Of a DNA stretch of 64,000 nt, positions 1-11,703 are shown piece after piece. Below the pieces are notes generated by a model. That model was given only the letters and a program-made list of their open reading frames with translations, did no database searches and was not told where the DNA came from. Numbering within the stretch: position 1 is the first letter of the stretch; every line of letters starts with the position of its first letter. Position numbers and translations under genes: made by a program. Source of the stretch: Macrostomum hystrix (lineage: Eukaryota > Animalia > Platyhelminthes); the NCBI GenBank assembly GCA_950097015.1, contig CATNEN010000025.1, positions 7,502,001 through 7,566,000 of the forward strand, read 5' to 3'.

Positions 1-41
1 ATTGGCACCGACAACGCCCGTGGCTCTGGCCCCTTAACTAG
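1..41 (+). CDS. Class C GPCR, partial upstream exon (Venus flytrap domain), 5' end outside window
   Basis: Frame 1 is the only open frame: IGTDNARGSGPLT, resembling the mGluR IGSDGW motif. It ends AG|GTAAAA at 41/42 (phase 2), matching the phase-2 acceptor at 1060/1061 and giving ...GPLT-R-YSMYIRF... Confidence 0.65.
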   Translation, partial: WHRQRPWLWPLN

Positions 42-1060
42 GTAAAATATACATAAAATATACACCTAGACACAGTAGAGCCAGATTTACTGCCAGCTAT
101 GCTGTACAACATCTGTACAGTCCGTGGACAGGCTAATACTAGTACCCATTTTTCAGCTGGTTGAACTAAATAAATAGGGAATGTAGTCCAAGGAGCCAAG
201 GGCTCTTATGCATTCGATATATGTAATTACTTGCAATCAGATCCATTGGAAGACAGCGGTGTATCGTATAGACATTAGTATGTATCCAGCCAATCGCGAA
301 GCTGGACAAAGGCAGACTTTAAAGATACTTAACCAGCCAAGCCAATCGGCTAGCGGGAAAGGGGTGGAGCAGAAACGAACGCAACTATCCCGGCCAATTA
401 GCGAACAGCGTAGAGCGTACAGATTCACAACCATCACAGCGAATGAAACAAAAAACTATTTATGCACAATGCACAATAAAATGCGCGTTATAACTAATAT
501 GCTACTTTACTCTTTTAATATTGGCTTAACGGATGCCAATCAATATCTTTTTCATTTGAAACTGCCTGCATAAATTCAGACTAACTACTTCGTTGCTAGA
601 ATTTACTTTAAAAATCAGAGATGGGACTCAAATATGGAAGTGAAAGTGCATAGTGCTTCAAATGACTTTTTGCATTTTTAATGCATTTGCTCAATTGAAA
701 TCTGAACCTCTGATCAGGCTTTGATAAATATGATAACTATAACTAACAATAGAAGCCCCTTACTGTGGAAGTCTTCTCAAATTCTAATTAGAAATGTTGA
801 CTAAAAGGAAAAAACACGCCCTGGAAATTTTTTTTTAATTTCATTTCCTTGTTTTCCCATCAGTTTAATTGTTATCCGAATTCTTGGAGTTCGATACACG
901 CCCCGAGGGTTAGAAATTTGGGTGCGCGGTGCGAACCACAGTCCATGGACTGGCTTTGGATGCGTTGTGCAATCGTTGTGGCCGTGCCACTGGCTGTACC
1001 TGTGGCTTAATCGGGTGAGTATTGTTTGTTTCCTTCAATTCCTATCCCTCTTGTTCGCAG

Positions 1061-1709
1061 GTATTCAATGTACATTCGCTTCTCATCCTACCCCACGCCG
1101 GACCTGGCAATGAGCTACCTGAATCTGACGGCAGGCGAGCTGGCCGGCCTACCGGGTGGTAGCCTGGTGGCAAAGGCGCTGTTCAACTGCAGCCGGCCGG
1201 CCGACTGTCCGGTCGGTGTCCGGGTGGCCGAACGCAGCCGGCTGCGGCCAGACAGCATCGTTGGCGCAGCGGCTCGACTGTCCGACGCTGTGCGCGCCCT
1301 CGGTCTAGCCATCGGCGCAGTTATCGACGCCGTCGCTGTTGGCAACGTCAGCAGCTGCGGTCCAGGCGTCGATGCGTCGAATCGAACGGCTCTCGTGGCC
1401 TGCCTGACCGGGCCGAACATCAAAGCGACTCTGCAGCTGCTGAGTTTTCGAGGCGCTACCGGCCTGGTGTCGTTCACAGCGCAGGGCAGCGCACTTCCAA
1501 ACTACGTGGTGATGCAGCAGCAGACAGACAGCGCCATAGGCCTCGCCCGGGTGGCAACATGGGACTCGCAATTCGGGCTTCGCTTTGTTGCCAACTTCAG
1601 CGCCAACTCGACGCCTCCAAACAGAAACGAAGCTCCCGTCATCTGGTGGGACAGTGGCAACCCGCCCGAGTCCGTCTGCAGCCAGCCGTGCCAGGCCGGG
1701 CAGTTTAAG
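1061..1709 (+). CDS. Class C GPCR exon: C-terminal VFT and start of cysteine-rich domain
   Basis: Acceptor CCCTCTTGTTCGCAG|G. Motifs YLNL..FNC, SDAVRALG, SFRGATGLVSFTAQG..Y and SVCSQPCQAGQFK align to mGluR VFT and CRD. The exon must end at AAG|GCAAGC because TAA follows at 1716. Confidence 0.85.
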
Positions 1710-2101
1710 GCAAGCTAAATAATAATTGCAGGAGGGCAGCATGTAATTATCTATGTTAAATGATTGGTGACACTGGACCTGCAGCCAGCGAGGAGGCAAT
1801 TCTGCCCATTCCGCTGACTCTTGAGCACACACGCACACACAGATACTGTATGCAGGCATACACTCACACAGGTGTGTACATCGGCCCCGACTTTCTCATC
1901 GTCAGGCAGTGTACACTCTCACTGTGCCTTGGAGGTTGGCCTTCAAGGGCGTAAATTACATGACAAGCCCTCAAGCCTTCTCTCCGTGGCTGCGCCCCAA
2001 ATGAATGTGGCCTCGCCGCAGAATCGAGCTCAGGGACCTTGGTGCGAGAGGCAAACGAGGCAAACTGAACAGCTGAAAAAAGCCCTCAACACTCAAACTA
2101 G

Positions 2102-2641
2102 GTGATTATCGACACCTGTTGCTGGCAGTGTCGCAACTGCACCGACAACGAAGTCGTCACCCAGAACGGCACCGCGTGCATTGCCTGCAGCGAGTTCACC
2201 TGGCCGGAACCGCTGGGGCGCCTTCTGTGCCAGCAGCTGCCAGTAAAGACCGGCGGCTACAGCGGCGCCGTCTCCGCCGTGTCCGCCTGCTTCGCCTGCC
2301 TTGGCAGCCTCTGCAGCGCCGGCGTTCTGATCGTCCTGGCGGTCAAGCGAGATGACCGCCTTCTGAAGGCGGCCGCCATCGAACTCAGCACCGTCAGCGC
2401 CGCCGGGTTGCTGCTGGGCCACGCCAGCGCGGCGCTGTTCCTGCTGCCGCCGACTCCGGCCTCGTGCAACGCCAAGGTCATCGGTTACCACGCCAGCCTG
2501 TGCGCCGTCTTCTCCAGCTTGTTCGTTAAATCGGCCAGGATCTACCGCGTGTTCGCCGCTACCAACGTGGGCCGGCAGAGACCAGTGCTCACTGGCAGGA
2601 TCCACGTCCTGCTGGCAACTGGAGGCATCATCCTGGCCATG
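2102..2641 (+). CDS. Class C GPCR exon: nine-cysteine domain and TM1-TM4
   Basis: CTAG|GTG start. VIIDTCCWQCRNC..C..C..WP....C is a 9-Cys CRD. AAAIELS, C..KVIG and VKSARIYRVF are class C 7TM hallmarks. Phase-0 donor ATG|GTCTGT, where the (GTCT)n array starts. Confidence 0.88.
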
Positions 2642-2655
2642 GTCTGTCTACCTGC

Positions 2656-2740
<85 letters not shown>

Positions 2741-2745
2741 GTCTC

Positions 2746-2832
<87 letters not shown>

Positions 2833-2840
2833 GTCTGTCT
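2642..2840. repeat. (GTCT)n microsatellite at the start of a GPCR intron
   Basis: About 50 GTCT units with occasional CTCT variants. Confidence 0.97.
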
Positions 2841-4763
2841 TTCTATTATGAAAGCAAACAAAAAAGTATTAGATTGGTTTGTATTAAAAACAGTAGTAAA
2901 TGGATACAGTTTGAATTTAGCGTTGAATTAAGCGTGACAAAGCCATAAAAGTTACCTGACAGATTCCCTACCACCTTGATTACCTTATTTTACTATTTAC
3001 ATTTTACAATTTACAATTTACTATAGTTATTTGTTTGCTTTTGTAATAGCTACTACTGTTTTTAAGTGAAATTTTGCAATTTTTGTATTCCATCATTTGC
3101 CACTAACAGGACAACTGAGAACAGGCTTCAAAATAGAGCTGAAAATTTTAGCCCGTTATAAGTTTTTTAATGGCAATTGGTTAAATATTTTAGGAAATAC
3201 AGAAACAATGAGAATGTGGGTACGCGCAAAGCTGTACTAGAACGTGTGCAAGGTGCTTTAATTGTTCTTTACGCTTTTTCCTGTATACTCCCGTGTTTTC
3301 TACTCTTAAAGATCAATTCACGATTTCAATTTAGTAGCAATGAGTTTGGAAATTGGAGACAGAGGTCGTTTCGATGAGATTCGTCGAAATCAAGTCGTAT
3401 ATTTGTAACTTAAAAGTGCTTCGTGCTTGATCGCAACACACAGAAACGCTTGAGAGCACGTCCCTGTCTGGGCGGCTACTGCTTCTCTCACAAACTGCTG
3501 CATGGTGTCTAAACATTCGACGTTTCCCACATATCAAGTAATCAAACAGTCTGCATGCTAATGATGGAGCAGATTCGATGAAGTACGTCCATTCCACTGC
3601 TCATATTACTGGCGAAAATGATAGTTGAAGGAACAGCATGTTCAGGTGTATTTGCGCATACATGAGCTACTAACTGCAGTATGTGCTGTACTTTTAGTTA
3701 TCTTTAGTGTAATTGGTACTGTGCACTTTGGTGCAAATGGTATAGCCTTCTTCATTTCGGCTAATAGTTCAAAACTATATATGTAGTTCAAAATCATGGA
3801 ATTCTTGATTTCTAGAATCTAAACATATCTAACCATTTTCCGGACCAGTTTGGGCTGACTGTCTGTCCCGAAAATACACTGGGCAGATAGGAAATTAGGA
3901 TGCACCACTTGGAGAAAAACACCTTGATTACTTCCGTATCGTGCAAACAATTTTCAAAAAGTTTATTTTATTAGAAAGCTGAATAAATTCTCTACATTTT
4001 AATTAAATCGTGTGCGTCTACAAGGATATCAAAAAATAATTTTCTCATTTATGTCGAGAAAATTTCTTTGGCTAATCAGAATAAAAGCGGCAACTATCGA
4101 CCTTGTTTTTATTTGTTTTTATCGATTGACTGAAGACATTTTCAAGCAATGTTAATTGCACACAAGCAATTCAAAAGATATGGGCGTGGTCAGCCAGCCA
4201 GAATTAAGATTTGAGAAAGCGAATGTCCGTGTCTGCTGCGGTTTAGGCTATAGCCCTAATTTGTAGATTTTGAAAAATTCAAAATTTTAAATTTTACCCT
4301 CACTAGTCAAAAAAGTTTTGGATGTTTTTCTCACCTTGAAATTTAAGTGGAACCAGATTTTCTATTAGTAATTTGTTAGAAACGTTTCTAACAGATTTGC
4401 TAGAATCCTTTCCAATAGATTTGTTCGAATCTTCTCCAATGAATTTGTCAGAATCATGTCAAATCGATTTGTTAGACTGACTTTGAACCACTTCCAATGG
4501 TAGTGAGTCGCTGGTTACTAGGCTTAGCACTCCTTGTCTAGCTAGCCATCTAAACCAAACGCTGTATGATTTTGCCTGTCTTCCTCTTAGAATTTAGTAA
4601 CGGGTTAGAGTCCTTAAGGGTCTTTATTAGGAGAACTGTGGTCGTTGTTTCCACGGTTTTTCCATGGCAGTTTGGCACGCCCACGGAATTCCCGTCTGCC
4701 TAAATCCTTTGTATCCGGTCATTCAGTCATTTGCCAGAACCTTCTGCATGCGCCAATCCCCAG

Positions 4764-5261
4764 GCCATACTCCTGACAGCGCTGACTATCACGAGCCCGG
4801 TGCCCGTTGAGCGGGTCGCCCTTCGCTCAGCCGGCCAGCTGCAGCCGCCGATCATCGAGGAGGACTGCAACTTTGTCTCCGGCGCCAGTCTGTGGGCACC
4901 GCTAGGCGCCAACTTCGCCCTGATGTCCGGCACCGCCGTGTTCGCTGTGCGCACCCGCAACATTCCCAACAATTTCCACGACACCCGCAGCATCCTGGCC
5001 TGCTCAGCCTGTTCGCTGTTCTTGTGGGTGGCCTTCGTGCCGAGCATGGTCACTTCGGCCCAGCTCAGCATCCAGAGTCTTCTGCTGAGCTTCGCGCTGC
5101 TCGTCAGTAGCCTACTGGGCCTGGCGATTCTGCACGCGCCCAAGGTTTATGCCGTACTGTGTGGCAAGACCGCCGCTCTTGAGGTCAACGTGCGATTCTA
5201 CGCCTCCGGCAGTGCAGTGGCGACTGTTGACCGCAACACGAACGGAAGCGGCACTCGTTAG
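4764..5261 (+). CDS. Class C GPCR terminal exon: TM4 end to TM7 and short C-tail
   Basis: CCCCAG|GCC, phase 0. RTRNIPNNFHDTR (cf. KTRNVPANFNEAK), LWVAFVP and HAPKVY (xPKxY motif). Stop TAG at 5259-5261. Confidence 0.88.
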   Translation, partial: AILLTALTITSPVPVERVALRSAGQLQPPIIEEDCNFVSGASLWAPLGANFALMSGTAVFAVRTRNIPNNFHDTRSILACSACSLFLWVAFVPSMVTSAQLSIQSLLLSFALLVSSLLGLAILHAPKVYAVLCGKTAALEVNVRFYASGSAVATVDRNTNGSGTR

Positions 5262-5340
5262 AGAAGATCGAATGGGATGCGGGACTAGCGAGTTCTTAGT
5301 CCCGATTCGGCACTTCTAACTCGTAGAACTGATCCCCAAT

Positions 5341-5597
5341 AACTGGTCATGGACTTCTCGATCCAGTACCTTGTCATGGACTTCTAGATCCAGTAACTAG
5401 TCATGAACTTCTAGATCCAGTAACTAGTCATGGACTTCTAGATCCAGTAACTAGTCACGGACTTCTAGATCCAGTAACTAGTCATGGACTTCTAGATCCA
5501 GTAACTAGTCATGGACTTCTAGATCCAGTAACTACGAGCGTAGCCATGGACTTCTAGATCCAGTAACTACGAGCGTAGCCATGGACTTCTAGATCCA
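5341..5597. repeat. 27-bp minisatellite (GTAACTAGTCATGGACTTCTAGATCCA), last copies 35 bp, in or near GPCR 3' UTR
   Basis: About 9 direct tandem copies. Confidence 0.93.
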
Positions 5598-6328
5598 CTC
5601 ACCATGATTTACCATGATGAGTAAATCCAAGGGGGTCAATTCACATTGATCAGGGACTTATAGATCCTGCATGCGCCAATCCCCTAGATCTCTAGATCCT
5701 CTACCAATAGTTGATCATGGGCTTCTGGATTATTGATTATTGATCATTGATATTGTAAAGTAGTGGATAAAACTCCGGGAATGATATATAAATTAAAACA
5801 AATGCTATTGTTGTCCCGTTTGCATAATGCTGTTCATAATTATTCTATTTTTATTTATTGTAGTGTGTATTTCTGTACCTTCTTAAAGTCAATAGAAAAC
5901 AAATATGAATAGATGCAAGTTACGAGTTATATACAAGTTATATACAATATATATTACCAATCGAGCTCTTTATCCCAACGATTATATTCACCTGACCAAG
6001 CACTGAAAATTACTTGTAATTAATCTTGTTCTCATTCCAGTCTATAATTATAGATGTCTGTTAATCCTGAATGAGCTGTTAGCTAAACTGACTTTCATTT
6101 ACTTGTCTGTATTCTGGACGTTGCTTGTAGATTCCCACTGCTTCTCATTAACGCATTACTCTCGTATCTGTCGTGTAAAATCACAGTGGATTACTCGTAT
6201 CTCGCGCACCTGTCCCGAATCAACTCAACACTCGCGTTCACTTCCTAGTCGCATCTAGTCCCAGACTTTGTAGGTTAGTGGAATATTTGCAGGCTATTTA
6301 TAGCTAGTTTTTAGATGCATTGTAGCTC

Positions 6329-6762
6329 GTAGGGAGTTTGTAGGGAGTTTGTAGGGAGTTTGTAGGGAGTTTGTAGGGAGTTTGTAGGGAGTTTGTAGGG
6401 AGTTTGTAGGGAGTTTGTAGGGAGTTTGTAGGGAGTTTGTAGGGAGTTTGTAGGGAGTTTGTAAGGAGTTTGTAAGGAGTTTGTAGGGAGTTTGTAGGGA
6501 GTTTGTAGGGAGTTTGTAGGGAGTTTGTAGGGAGTTTGTAGGGAGTTTGTAGGGAGTTTGTAGGGAGTTTGTAGGGAGTTTGTAGGGAGTTTGTAGGGAG
6601 TTTGTAGGGAGTTTGTAGGGAGTTTGTAGGAGTTTGTAGGAGTTTGTAGGAGTTTGTAGGAGTTTGTAGGAGTTTGTAGGAGTTTGTAGGGAGTTTGTAG
6701 GGAGTTTGTAGGGAGTTTGTAGGGAGTTTGTAGGGAGTTTGTAGGGAGTTTGTATGGAGTTT
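6329..6762. repeat. 11-bp array (GTAGGGAGTTT) with a block of 10-bp variants
   Basis: About 40 copies; explains ORF 6294-6803. Confidence 0.97.
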
Positions 6763-7396
6763 TTTAGGTCTTGAGATAGCATCAAGCCATTCGTATTGTG
6801 CATCGATCAGTTAAACTGGTTTCCTAAAATAATTGCTTCAAGTGCTTCGCAACAGCGTTTCCTTACAAATATTTTCTACCAACCTTCAGTTAAAGTTTGA
6901 GTTGCAGATTTCAGCCGATTACGGGACTATTTCATCCCAGATTATGTTATCCAGTTTGAACAAATTTAGCATTATCCTACATTCACTCTAATGAATTCTA
7001 GCCTTTCAAGGGATTTATTGAATTTATCTGATCCTGCTGTTGACCTTTAAGTCTTGGAGATCAAGAAAAATGATTGAAAAAGGACTGAAGATTGATATTT
7101 GTTTATGCGAAATGCCTATAATTATCTTTGTATGAATAATAATGCACAGAGCGAGTATCCACCTTTATAAAAAAGTTTATTTTCCACCTTCTTGCACGTT
7201 TTTACTCCATTTACTTTATTTCTCAGTGTCATCTACTTTCTATTAGTAGTATTGCTGGCCCGTATGTGGACTTTGATAAAAGAAGTTCTCATATTAGCAG
7301 GATATTTTCACAGGGACCTTGATAAATATAAGCTAATGACAAAGCACTCGTTTTTCCTAAATTTTTATCCCTTTTTGATCGGTGCACCACATTAAT

Positions 7397-7716
7397 CCGC
7401 GGTGAGATCAAAGAGCACACCTTTACACTGGTAATTACCATAACTCTCTCCGCCGCGGTGAGATCAAAGAGCACACCCTTACACTGTTAATTACCATAAC
7501 TCTCTCCACCGTGGTGAGATCAAAGAGCACACCTTTACACAGTTAATTACCATAACTCTCTCCACCGCGGTGAGATTAAAGAGCACACCTTTACACAGTT
7601 AATTACCATAACTCTCTCCACCGCGGTGAGATCAAAGAGCACACCTTTACACTGGTAATTACCATAACTCTCTCCGCCGCGGTGAGATCAAAGAGCACAC
7701 CTTTACACTGTTAATT
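7397..7716. repeat. 56-bp tandem repeat, about 5.7 copies
   Basis: Unit CCGCGGTGAGATCAAAGAGCACACCTTTACACTGGTAATTACCATAACTCTCTCCG; starts at 7397, 7453, 7509, 7565, 7621, 7677. Confidence 0.95.
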
Positions 7717-8249
7717 TTCGCCGCTTTAAACGACTCAAATATTTCCTGATGGTTAAATTCAAGGAGAGGCCGTATGAAAATACGGTTTTTCGACAGGCAG
7801 TACAAAGTTATCTAAATACTACTTTTAGTAAGTCAGTTGGAATAAGTAAGAAATATCTAAAATATGAGCCCTATACTAGGCAGTAAAATAAAATTCGCTA
7901 CTTAAACCCGCGTCACATTTAACCTGCCATCACGCTTAAAACTTCTGAGCTTGTAAAGCTTCGTTGAGCTCGTAAGTCTTAAGCTGAGCGGATTAACATA
8001 GCACCACTGGCTTTAGCTGCCTGTCGCTAATCCCAGGTAAAACTTCCGGCTTGTCTCTCAGACTGGCTGAAAGAGGAAAGGTGAGGGGTCAAATGCAAGA
8101 CGGCTGCTGGAGACTTTGTTGAGTTATCTCGACGATGAGTAACCAATTATGTAGTCGATATGCCAGCTTCTCGTCGCCTTCATATTATCTCTATTCTATC
8201 TACTCTATTCTCCATAAAGTGATATATTATTAATTGATAATAATCTATT

Positions 8250-8690
8250 CCCAATCTGATCTATTCACAATCTGATCTATTCACAATCTGATCTATTCAC
8301 AATCTGATCTATTCACAATCTGATCTATTCACAATCTGATCTATTCACAATCTGATCTATTCACAATCTCATCTATTCACAATCTCATCTATTCACAATC
8401 TCATCTATTCACAACCTGATCAATCTACTGGTCTATTCTCAATCTATACCGATCTATTCTCAATCTACTGATCTATTCTTTATCTACTGGTCTATTCTCA
8501 ATCTTCTAGTTTATTCTCAATCTATACCGATCTATTCTCAATCTACTGATCCATTATCAATCTACTGATCTATTCTCTATCTACTGGTCTATTCTCAATC
8601 TACCGGTCTATTCTCTATCTACTGGTCTATTCTCAATCTACCGGTCTATTCTAATCTACTGGTCTATTCTCAATCTACTGATTTTCATAC
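8250..8690. repeat. 16-bp (TCTATTCACAATCTGA) array grading into 19-bp (TCTATTCTCAATCTACTGG) units
   Basis: Tandem copies visible directly. Confidence 0.92.
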
Positions 8691-9199
8691 CGATCTAATG
8701 AGAATCTCTACTCTACTTTCCATATCTCTCAGGTCTATTCTACCACTTATTATGCAATCTTAAAATGATACGATTTTCTGTTCCATTTTTTCATGTGTCC
8801 TATTTCGCTGACAAATTATTGATAGAAATAATTAATTAACCTATTTATTTTCAGCCACCCAACCCTAACTTATAGAATATTCGTGGAAACTTTGAAAATT
8901 TCCCATCTCACGTGAGGTTTTGTATAAATTCATAATCCACGAGTCAGTCATTTCCCGCAGCTCCCACAACGACTTATCCGGCAAACTTCCTGGACCTGGG
9001 CCGAATAATCCCTTTCGGGATTTTGGACCCTCCACCCGCTGATCCCTGTTGTAGAGCAGGTTAGATCCTAGGGATGGTATGTTTGTGTGTGTGTTGGATG
9101 TTAGACCTAGATTAGCGATATGGCGATATTGCGAGAATGATATGGATGAGATAAGGATGATATCATTGAGATAGGTGAGATAGCAGCGAGGTTTTGTGA

Positions 9200-10340
9200 G
9201 ATTTGGTGAGATTAAATAGGTTGCATGAGATTTGAGTGAGATTGGGTGAGGTTGGAGTGAGATTTGGTGATATTGGATAGGTTTCATGAGATTGGAGTGA
9301 GATTTGGTGAGATTGCATGAGATTGGAGTGAGATTGGGTGAGTTTTGCATGAGATTGGAGTGAGATTTGGTGAGATTGCATGAGATTGGAGTGCGATTTG
9401 GTGAGATTGTATGAGATTGGAGTGAGATTTGGTGAGATTGCATGAGATTGGAGTGCGATTTGGTGAGATTGGATAGGTTTCATGAGATTGGAGTGAGATT
9501 TGGTGAGATTGCATGAGATTGGACTGAGATTTGGTGAGATTGCATGAGATTGGAGTGAGATTTAGTGAGTTTGCATGAGATTGGAGTGAGATTTGGTGAG
9601 ATTGCATGAGATTGGAGTGAGATTTGGTGAGATTGCATGAGATTGGAGTGAGATTGGGTGAGGTTGCATGAGATTGGAGTGAGATTGGGTGAGATTGCAT
9701 GAGATTGGAGTGAGATTGGGTGAGATTGGATAGGTTTCATGAGATTGGAGTGAGATTGGGTGAGGTTGGAGTGAGATTTGGTGATATTGGATAGGTTTCA
9801 TGAGATTGGAGTGAGATTTGGTGAGATTTGGTGATATTGGATAGGTTTCATGAGATTGGAGTGAGATTTGGTGAGATTGCATGAGATTGGAGTGAGATTG
9901 GGTGAGATTGGATAGGTTTCATGAGATTGGAGTGAGATTGGGTGAGGTTGGAGTGAGATTTGGTGATATTGGATAGGTTTCATGAGATTGGAGTGAGATT
10001 TGGTGAGATTTGGTGATATTGGATAGGTTTCATGAGATTGGAGTGAGATTTGGTGAGATTGCATGAGATTGGATTGAGATTTGGTGAGTTTGCATGAGAT
10101 TGGAGTGAGATTTGGTGAGATTGCATGAGATTGGAGTGAGATTGGGTGAGATTGCATGAGATTGGAGTGAGATTGGGTGAGGTTTCATGAGATTGGAGTG
10201 AGATTGGGTGAGGTTTCATGAGATTGGAGTGAGATTGGGTGAGGTTGGTTGAGGTTGCATGAGATTGGAGTGAGACTTGGTGAGGTTGCATGAGACAGGA
10301 GTTAGATTTTGTGAGATTGGTGTGAGATAGGGTGTGATAG
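9200..10340. repeat. Compound GAGATT-based satellite (about 31-bp unit GAGATTGGAGTGAGATTTGGTGAGATTGCAT built from 10/11-mers)
   Basis: Tandem copies; source of the six overlapping SHQISL-type ORFs. Confidence 0.95.
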
Positions 10341-10880
10341 ATGAGTGAGATAGGAGAGTGATGAGTGGGATAGGATATATAATGAGAAATTAATAGATTT
10401 GCATAGCTATTACACTTTCCGGTCTCATAGAACATAGTGCATGCATGTGTTCGAGGGTATTTCAATACTAGAAAAGGCTGAAAAAAGGCGAAGTCGGAGT
10501 GATGGGGAGTTTAAAACAGAGGAATTGAAAGAAAAAAATAGAGTAATCCGAACTAAGGAATCCATTAGGCATTGGATGCAGTTCCGTGTTTCAAATCCAG
10601 CCAGTATAGGGCTGACAGACTTGAGTGGCCTCAGCAAGTATAGACGGACCCGGGTCACAGGGTGTGGCTGTGGAATTGCGTGCTGGAGACCCTCCCTCTG
10701 ACCCAGCCACTCGTTTTGCTTTTTTAAGTGTGCGGCATTCGAGCTTCTCCTGCTCCTAATGGACAGGGCCGCTGCCACTCGAGCTTGCGGAGTTTGCTTA
10801 TCTTCTTTTACTCCCCAGCTACTATGGGGTGGCGTTGCGTCACAGAGGAGCAGAGCTATCCCCATGCTTCACCTCAACTC

Positions 10881-11138
10881 TGACTGTCTGCCTGTCTGTC
10901 TGTCTGACTTGGGTGTCTGTCTGTCTGTCTGTCTTGGGTGTCTGTCTGTCTGTCTGTCTTGGGTGTCTATCTGCCTGTCTGTCTTGGGTGTCTGTCTGTC
11001 TGTCTGTCTTGGGTGTCTATCTGCCTGTCTGTCTTGGGTGTCTGTATGTCTGTCTGTCTTGGGTGTCTGTATGTCTGTCTTGGGTGTCTGTCTGTCTGTC
11101 TTGGGTGTCTGTCTGTCTGTCTGTCTGTCTGTCTTGGG

Positions 11139-11187
<49 letters not shown>

Positions 11188-11402
11188 TTCTGTCTGTCTG
11201 TCCTTCTGTCTGTCTGTCTGTCTGTCTTGGGTGTCTGTCTGTCTGTCTTGGGTGTCTGTCTGTCTGTCTGTCTTGGGTGTCTATCTGCCTGTCTGTCTTG
11301 GGTGTCTGTATGTCTGTCTGTCTTGGGTGTCTGTATGTCTGTCTTGGGTGTCTGTCTGTCTGTCTTGGGTGTCTGTCTGTCTGTCTGTCTGTCTGTCTTG
11401 GG

Positions 11403-11451
<49 letters not shown>

Positions 11452-11654
11452 TTCTGTCTGTCTGTCCTTCTGTATGTCTGTCTGTCTGTCTTGGGTGTCT
11501 GTATGTCTGTCTTGGGTGTCTGTATGTCTGTCTTGGGTGTCTGTCTGTCTTGGGTGTCTATCTGCCTGTCTGTCTTGGGTGTCTGTATGTCTGTCTTGGG
11601 TGTCTGTCTGTCTGTCTTGGGTGTCTGTCTGTCTGTCTGTCTGTCTGTCTTGGG

Positions 11655-11703
<49 letters not shown>

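Noticed and set aside
945-1010. Signal-peptide-like MDWLWMRCAIVVAVPLAVPVA as the GPCR start
   Set aside because: It ends in TAA and is out of phase with exon 1061; the exon at 1-41 already supplies the homologous upstream VFT sequence.
9163-10465. Stack of SHQISL ORFs resembling a repeat protein
   Set aside because: GAGATT satellite read on the minus strand; no unique coding flanks.
10425-10865. GC-richer ORFs as a possible retroelement relic
   Set aside because: No RT, endonuclease, gag or transposase motif that I can recognise.
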